A stretch of 64,000 nucleotides of DNA from contig JAJYHV010000065.1 of the NCBI GenBank assembly GCA_021790515.1, positions 13,981-77,980 on the forward strand. The letters run 5' to 3'. A program made the translations under genes and the position numbers. Below, piece after piece: positions 56,502-64,000 of this stretch. The notes beneath the pieces were generated by a model. The model did not search any database, was not told the origin of the DNA, and was given only the letters and a program-made list of their open reading frames with translations. Source of the DNA: Pseudomonadota bacterium. Its GTDB lineage: Bacteria; Pseudomonadota; Gammaproteobacteria; Burkholderiales; Sulfuriferulaceae. Numbering within the stretch: the stretch's first letter is position 1; each line of letters begins with the position of its first letter.

Positions 56502-57371
56502 ATGAGGAAAATCAAAGGGTTAGGTAGAGGGTTGGACGCGTTGCTGGACGCTGAGCGGGTTGTTGACGACGCATTGAAATCGGTAAAACTGGACGAGTTG
56601 TGTCCAGGGAAATACCAGCCGCGGACCAGAATGGACGAAGAAAGCCTGCAAATGCTGGCCGAGTCCATTAAAAAACAAGGTTTGATGCAACCCATTCTGG
56701 TGCGACATACAGAGCAGGATGGACTTGAAATCATTGCGGGCGAACGACGCTGGCGCGCGGCACGGATGGCGGGTTTGCTGGAAGTACCGGTATTGGTGAA
56801 AAACGTTGCTGATGAGCATGCATTGGCGATGTCACTCATTGAAAATATCCAGCGCGAAGATTTGAATCCGTTAGAAGAAGCGAACGGAATACAGCGACTG
56901 ATAACGGAATTTGGTTTGACCCATCAGCAAGCAGCCGATGCTGTCGGCCGATCCCGCAGCGCCGTCAGCAATTTGCTGCGTCTGCTGCAACTACCCCAAC
57001 AGGTACAGCAACTGCTGATGGCGGGTAATCTGGACATGGGGCATGCTCGCGCCTTGCTGTCATTGCCCGAGCAAGAGCAGGGCGTGATTGCGCAACGATT
57101 GGTCGATCAGGCCTGGAGTGTACGCGAAACGGAAAAGCAGGTGGCGCGTTTGTTGCGGGGAGCGCCCGCACCGGAAGGTGTTGTCAAAAACAACACGATG
57201 GATCGCGATGTGTTGAATTTGCTGGAGCGCCTGTCAGAACGCCTGGGATCTCAGGTAAAAATCCAGCAGCAAAAAAAGGGTAATGGAAAATTGATTATTG
57301 AATACCAGAACCTTGATCAACTGGACCAGATTTTGTCCGGATGGAAGGAGACGGAAGGAACCGCTGATTAA
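56502..57371 (+). CDS. parB: Chromosome partitioning protein
   Basis: GLGRGLDALL, QPR, IIAGERRWRAA, LIENIQREDLNP, GRSRSAVSNLLRLL. Confidence 0.96.
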   Translation: MRKIKGLGRGLDALLDAERVVDDALKSVKLDELCPGKYQPRTRMDEESLQMLAESIKKQGLMQPILVRHTEQDGLEIIAGERRWRAARMAGLLEVPVLVKNVADEHALAMSLIENIQREDLNPLEEANGIQRLITEFGLTHQQAADAVGRSRSAVSNLLRLLQLPQQVQQLLMAGNLDMGHARALLSLPEQEQGVIAQRLVDQAWSVRETEKQVARLLRGAPAPEGVVKNNTMDRDVLNLLERLSERLGSQVKIQQQKKGNGKLIIEYQNLDQLDQILSGWKETEGTAD

Positions 57372-57517
57372 TTCCGCCATGAGCCGCATTGCGCCGCTTG
57401 TCAAGATTATTTCTTGGGTACTGACCCAAGGGCGAATAAGCCTTGACTGCGCGCAACACCTTGCAGCTCATCCCGCCAAGCCACCGTCGCGACCATGTGG
57501 GAATAAAGCGCGGTTCC
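57357..57517. mobile_element. MITE-like element, module-A-less variant with degenerate ends
   Basis: GGAACCGCTGATTAA left end; interior matches 43204-43298; right end GCGGTTCC. Confidence 0.75.
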
Positions 57518-57661
57518 CGAAGAACAATAAGCTCGTTCGCCTTCAGTCCGGGTGCTTTCTGTCAGGATGGAATTCTGTTTTTGGCCTTGCCGGCAAACCA
57601 TGCCATCCAGAAAAGGTCGAGGGAAAATAATGGGTCATCCAAAAAGACAACACGAAAAAAG

Positions 57662-57691
57662 TTGCAAAAAGATAAGTGAGTCGTGTATGAT
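57662..57691 (+). promoter_or_regulatory. Candidate sigma70 promoter of the atp operon
   Basis: TTGCAA-N18-TATGAT. Confidence 0.45.
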
Positions 57692-57766
57692 TCGGCCGGT
57701 TGCACAGAATTTGGCTGAAACATGTCAATAGGCGGGCTTGGGGAAGACCCGCTCGAGGTCAAGCAA

Positions 57767-58132
57767 ATGCATTCGCCCGTTCGTCGCGTTCTGCTGTGGC
57801 AGTTGGTCGCAACAGCTCTCATCGCGATAATGGCCGGTGTGTACTACCCATCAGCAATGAAGTCAGTTGTGTATGGCTGCCTGGTGTCGTTGTTGCCTGG
57901 AGCCTACCTGTGGTGGCGCTTGCGTCAAAAGCCAATTCGTGGCGCCGGTGTTGTTGTGCGCGAAGCGTACCAGATGGCGCTGACCAGAATGCTGATAGTG
58001 ATTGTTTTGTTGTCGTTGCCGTTATGGCACAGACTGGGTTTTTTGTATGGTGGCGTACTGACCGGTTTTGCATGGGGTCAGTTGATTTGGTTAGCAGGTT
58101 GGGCATGGGTCCAGTCCGGCAGACAAAAATAA
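57767..58132 (+). CDS. atpI: ATP synthase protein I
   Basis: Four-TM protein first in the atp operon; start uncertain (57722 is an alternative). Confidence 0.75.
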   Translation: MHSPVRRVLLWQLVATALIAIMAGVYYPSAMKSVVYGCLVSLLPGAYLWWRLRQKPIRGAGVVVREAYQMALTRMLIVIVLLSLPLWHRLGFLYGGVLTGFAWGQLIWLAGWAWVQSGRQK

Positions 58133-58137
58133 TTTAA

Positions 58138-58995
<858 letters not shown>

Positions 58996-59116
58996 TTCCG
59001 GTTGGATGATGCAGATTAGGTTCGTTGATGTTCGTGCCATGGGGGTGACATGGCGCCAGGGACATCGGCAGAGGGATAGATTTATTTTTAATTTTTCATT
59101 ATCAGGAGCAGTATAA

Positions 59117-59356
<240 letters not shown>

Positions 59357-59388
59357 TTCAATTCTGACTGGCAGGAAAGGTAAGCAGC

Positions 59389-59859
59389 ATGAATATCAAT
59401 GCGACCCTGATTGGACAGTCCATCACGTTCTTCTTGTTTGTGTGGTTTTGCATGAAGTTTGTGTGGCCACCGATCATGCAGGCGTTAAGTGAGCGCAAAC
59501 AGCAGATTGCGGACGGACTGGCCGCTGGCGAACGTGGAAAACACGAACTGGAACTGGCCGGCAAACGGGCAACCTCTGAATTGCAGCAAGCACGACAAAA
59601 AGCGGGAGATATTGTCGCCCAGGCCGAAAAAAGGGCTTCGCAGTTAATTGATGAGGCGAAGTCGGCGGCAAAAATCGAAGCAGATCGCGTAATGTCTGCC
59701 GCGCAAGCGAGTGTCGAGCAAGAGGTTGTGCGCGCACGAGAAGCTTTGCGCAGCCAGGTTGCCGCGTTGGCGGTGGCGGGCGCAGAAAAAATCTTGCGCC
59801 GGGAAATCGACAGCAAGGCGCACGCCGCTTTGTTGGCAGACATTCAAAATGAGCTCTGA
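59389..59859 (+). CDS. atpF: ATP synthase subunit b
   Basis: [17 protein letters not shown]. Confidence 0.97.
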   Translation: MNINATLIGQSITFFLFVWFCMKFVWPPIMQALSERKQQIADGLAAGERGKHELELAGKRATSELQQARQKAGDIVAQAEKRASQLIDEAKSAAKIEADRVMSAAQASVEQEVVRAREALRSQVAALAVAGAEKILRREIDSKAHAALLADIQNEL

Positions 59860-59861
59860 TC

Positions 59862-60398
59862 ATGGCTGAAATTGCAACGGTAGCTCGTCCATACGCTGAA
59901 GCAGTATTTCGTCTTGCGCAGGAATCGAAAGATCTTGCCAAATGGTCGGCCGCTCTGGCCTTGCTGCAATCCGTCTATCAGCATCCTGATATGAAGGCGC
60001 TGGCCGATAACCCGGCATTTGGTAAAGAGCGGTTTGCTGATTTGTTTGTGGATATTTGTGGTGATGGACTGGATTCGCAGGCAAAGAATTTTGTGCGGGT
60101 ACTGGTTTCCAATGGCCGTATCGATCTGTTGCCAGAAATGGTCGCGCAATTCGAAGCGTTGAAAGCCCGGGCCAGCGGCGTCAAATCCTCGCATGTCGTC
60201 AGCGCCTTTCCTTTGACCGCCGCGCAGCAACTTGCGCTGAAAACCGTGCTGGAATCGCGTTTCAAGTGCGCAGTTGAAATGGAGACCAGCGTGGATTCGC
60301 AGTTGATAGGCGGCGTAGTGGTAACCATAGGCGACGAAGTGTACGACGCATCGGTGCGAGGCAAGCTGCAGGATATGGCCTACGCTTTAAATCGTTAA
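59862..60398 (+). CDS. atpH: ATP synthase subunit delta
   Basis: ATVARPYAEAVF, LIGGV, DASVRGKL. Confidence 0.97.
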   Translation: MAEIATVARPYAEAVFRLAQESKDLAKWSAALALLQSVYQHPDMKALADNPAFGKERFADLFVDICGDGLDSQAKNFVRVLVSNGRIDLLPEMVAQFEALKARASGVKSSHVVSAFPLTAAQQLALKTVLESRFKCAVEMETSVDSQLIGGVVVTIGDEVYDASVRGKLQDMAYALNR

Positions 60399-60419
60399 GA
60401 ATATCGTTAGGAGCAAGTA

Positions 60420-61961
60420 ATGCAACTCAATCCCACTGAGATCAGTGATCTCATTAAAAGCAGGATTCAGCACCTCGAATCTGCAACGGAATTACGAAAC
60501 CAGGGAACAGTCGTTTCCGTGACCGATGGTATCGTCCGTATCCACGGTCTGTCAGACGTCATGCAAGGTGAAATGTTGGCGTTTCCGGGCAACACGTTTG
60601 GTATGGCGCTGAACCTTGAGCGCGACTCCGTTGGTGCTGTGGTGCTGGGTGAGTACGAGCATATCACCGAGGGAGACACGGTCAAGTGTACCGGTCGTAT
60701 TTTGGAAGTGCCGGTTGGAGAAGGTTTGATTGGTCGCGTTGTCGATTCGTTGGGACGCGCCATTGATGGTAAAGGAGCGATTGAAAGCGGGGCAAGTGCG
60801 CCGATTGAAAAAATCGCTCCAGGCGTGATTGCCCGTCAATCGGTTAATCAACCGTTGCAAACCGGCTTGAAATCCATTGACGCGATGGTTCCGATTGGTC
60901 GGGGTCAGCGCGAGTTGATCATTGGTGACCGCCAAACCGGAAAAACCGCTGTTGCGGTGGATGCCATCATCAACCAGAAAGGCACAGGCGTTGTCTGTAT
61001 TTATGTTGCTATCGGACAGAAAGCGTCGTCGATTGCCAACGTGGTGCGTAAACTCGAAGAACACGGCGCATTGGCGCATACCATTGTCGTTGCGGCAACA
61101 GCATCTGATTCGGCAGCAATGCAATATATTGCGCCTTACGCGGGTTGCACCATGGGTGAATATTTCCGTGACAAGGGGCAGGACGCGTTGATTGTTTATG
61201 ATGACTTGACCAAGCAGGCGTGGGCATATCGTCAAATTTCGCTCTTGCTGCGCCGTCCGCCCGGTCGCGAAGCATATCCTGGTGACGTGTTCTACTTGCA
61301 TTCCCGTTTGCTTGAACGGGCGGCGCGCATCAACGCAGAGCAAGTGGAAAAATTGACCAACGGCGCGGTCAAGGGCAAGACCGGATCGTTGACCGCGCTA
61401 CCGGTGATCGAAACGCAAGCTGGCGACGTTTCAGCGTTTGTGCCCACTAACGTGATCTCGATTACCGACGGACAGATATTTCTGGAAACGGATCTGTTTA
61501 ATGCGGGCATTCGTCCGGCCATCAACGCGGGCTTGTCCGTGTCGCGTGTGGGCGGTGCGGCGCAGACCAAGGTCATCAAAAAGCTGGGTGGCGGTATTCG
61601 CCTGGCCTTGGCGCAGTATCGCGAACTGGCTGCTTTTGCACAGTTTGCGTCTGACCTGGATGAAGCCACTCGCAAACAGTTGGAACGCGGAAAACTGGTG
61701 ACGGAACTGATGAAGCAAAATCAGTATGCCCCGATGAATATTGCCGAAATGGCGTTGACATTGTTTGCCGTCAATAAAGGGTATATGGACGATGTGGAGA
61801 TTAAAAAAGTGTTGGCGTTCGAGAACGCTCTCGCTTCTTACATCAAGACCCAGCATGCTGATATCGTCAGCAAGATACTGGAAACGGGAGATTTGTCCGG
61901 CGATAGCGAAACCGCTTTGGCTAAGGCAATCGAAGCCTTTAAAGCCAACTCTACCTATTGA
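60420..61961 (+). CDS. atpA: ATP synthase subunit alpha
   Basis: [30 protein letters not shown]. Confidence 0.99.
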   Translation: MQLNPTEISDLIKSRIQHLESATELRNQGTVVSVTDGIVRIHGLSDVMQGEMLAFPGNTFGMALNLERDSVGAVVLGEYEHITEGDTVKCTGRILEVPVGEGLIGRVVDSLGRAIDGKGAIESGASAPIEKIAPGVIARQSVNQPLQTGLKSIDAMVPIGRGQRELIIGDRQTGKTAVAVDAIINQKGTGVVCIYVAIGQKASSIANVVRKLEEHGALAHTIVVAATASDSAAMQYIAPYAGCTMGEYFRDKGQDALIVYDDLTKQAWAYRQISLLLRRPPGREAYPGDVFYLHSRLLERAARINAEQVEKLTNGAVKGKTGSLTALPVIETQAGDVSAFVPTNVISITDGQIFLETDLFNAGIRPAINAGLSVSRVGGAAQTKVIKKLGGGIRLALAQYRELAAFAQFASDLDEATRKQLERGKLVTELMKQNQYAPMNIAEMALTLFAVNKGYMDDVEIKKVLAFENALASYIKTQHADIVSKILETGDLSGDSETALAKAIEAFKANSTY

Positions 61962-61985
61962 TCCCGGTTAACAGGAACCTCTACA

Positions 61986-62849
61986 ATGGCATCAGGCAAA
62001 GAAATACGCACAAAAATCAAGAGTGTAGAAAATACACGCAAGATTACACGTGCTATGGAGATGGTGGCTGCGGCAAAAATGCGCAAAGCGCAGGAACGTA
62101 TGCGGGCCACCCGTCCGTATGCGGAAAAAATTGCTGCGGTTGCCGCGCACCTGTCGTCGGCGAGCTCGGAGTACAAACATCCTTTCGTCGTCAAACGAGA
62201 AACGATCAAGCGCGTGGGGTTGATCGTCGTCAGCACGGACAAGGGCTTGTGTGGCGGGTTGAATACCAATGCCATGCGTCTTGCATTGAATCTGATTCGG
62301 CAATGGGATACCAGTGGGCACGGCGTAGAGGTTACCGCGCTGGGCAATAAGGGGCTTGGTTTCATGCAACGCTTGGGCGCCAAGGTGGTATCTCACGCGG
62401 TAGGTTTGGGCGATACCGCACACATGGAGCAGTTGATTGGCCCGGTGAAGGTGATGCTGGATGCGTATAGTGTCGGGGAAATCGACGCCTTGCATCTGGT
62501 GTACAGTCGTTTTGTCAACACCATGAAACAAGAAGCCGTCAGCGTTCAATTGTTGCCTCTGGCGCCGGTCGAGCAAACCGAATTGGCGCATCATTGGGAT
62601 TACATTTACGAACCGGATGCAAAATCGGTGGTTGATGCCCTGTTGGTGCGCTATATCGAAGCGATGATTTATCGTGCGGTGACCGAGAATATGGCGTGTG
62701 AGCAAAGTGCGCGCATGGTTGCCATGAAAGCGGCATCGGATAATGCAAAAAACGTGATTGGCGAATTGAAACTGGTGTACAACAAGACCCGGCAGGCGGC
62801 CATTACCAAAGAACTTTCGGAAATCGTGGCGGGCGCGGCGGCAGTGTAA
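61986..62849 (+). CDS. atpG: ATP synthase subunit gamma
   Basis: [33 protein letters not shown]. Confidence 0.98.
   Translation: MASGKEIRTKIKSVENTRKITRAMEMVAAAKMRKAQERMRATRPYAEKIAAVAAHLSSASSEYKHPFVVKRETIKRVGLIVVSTDKGLCGGLNTNAMRLALNLIRQWDTSGHGVEVTALGNKGLGFMQRLGAKVVSHAVGLGDTAHMEQLIGPVKVMLDAYSVGEIDALHLVYSRFVNTMKQEAVSVQLLPLAPVEQTELAHHWDYIYEPDAKSVVDALLVRYIEAMIYRAVTENMACEQSARMVAMKAASDNAKNVIGELKLVYNKTRQAAITKELSEIVAGAAAV

Positions 62850-64000
<1,151 letters not shown>

Overview
This is the replication-origin region of a betaproteobacterial-type chromosome (taxon inferred from gene order and protein similarity), made almost entirely of core genes. Left to right: partial DUF4124-like gene; glnA with sigma54 promoter and paired NtrC sites; murU-hyp-pepP-ubiH-ubiI(like)-dsbC-methyltransferase; trpGDC without trpE; ilvD-ParA-like-cytochrome c; lgt-oxyR-rubrerythrin-rubredoxin-rubredoxin reductase; thioredoxin, RegB/RegA and a DsrE-like gene; gcvTH-PA-PB; nrtR-nadA-lnt; AEC transporter-hyp-mpl; GT4-gluQ; orphan CbbR-like regulator; priA-argS-SPOR-dsbA; GT4-PAP2; dnaA-(oriC)-dnaN-gyrB; rpmH-rnpA-yidD-yidC-mnmE-mnmG-rsmG-parAB; atp operon running off the right edge. 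Two parS sites flank the origin and GC skew flips there. No tRNA, rRNA, CRISPR array or transposase was found. Two signals are not explained by the gene list. (1) A modular, highly structured MITE-like family (TIR GGAAGCGCTGATTAA, TTAA target) occurs in four states: complete, truncated, internally deleted and solo TIR. Its ends supply or coincide with the stop codons of parB, gluQ and a PAP2 gene. (2) A graded AT-rich valley is centred on oriC and covers essential genes. All counts are manual spot counts; no database searches were run.
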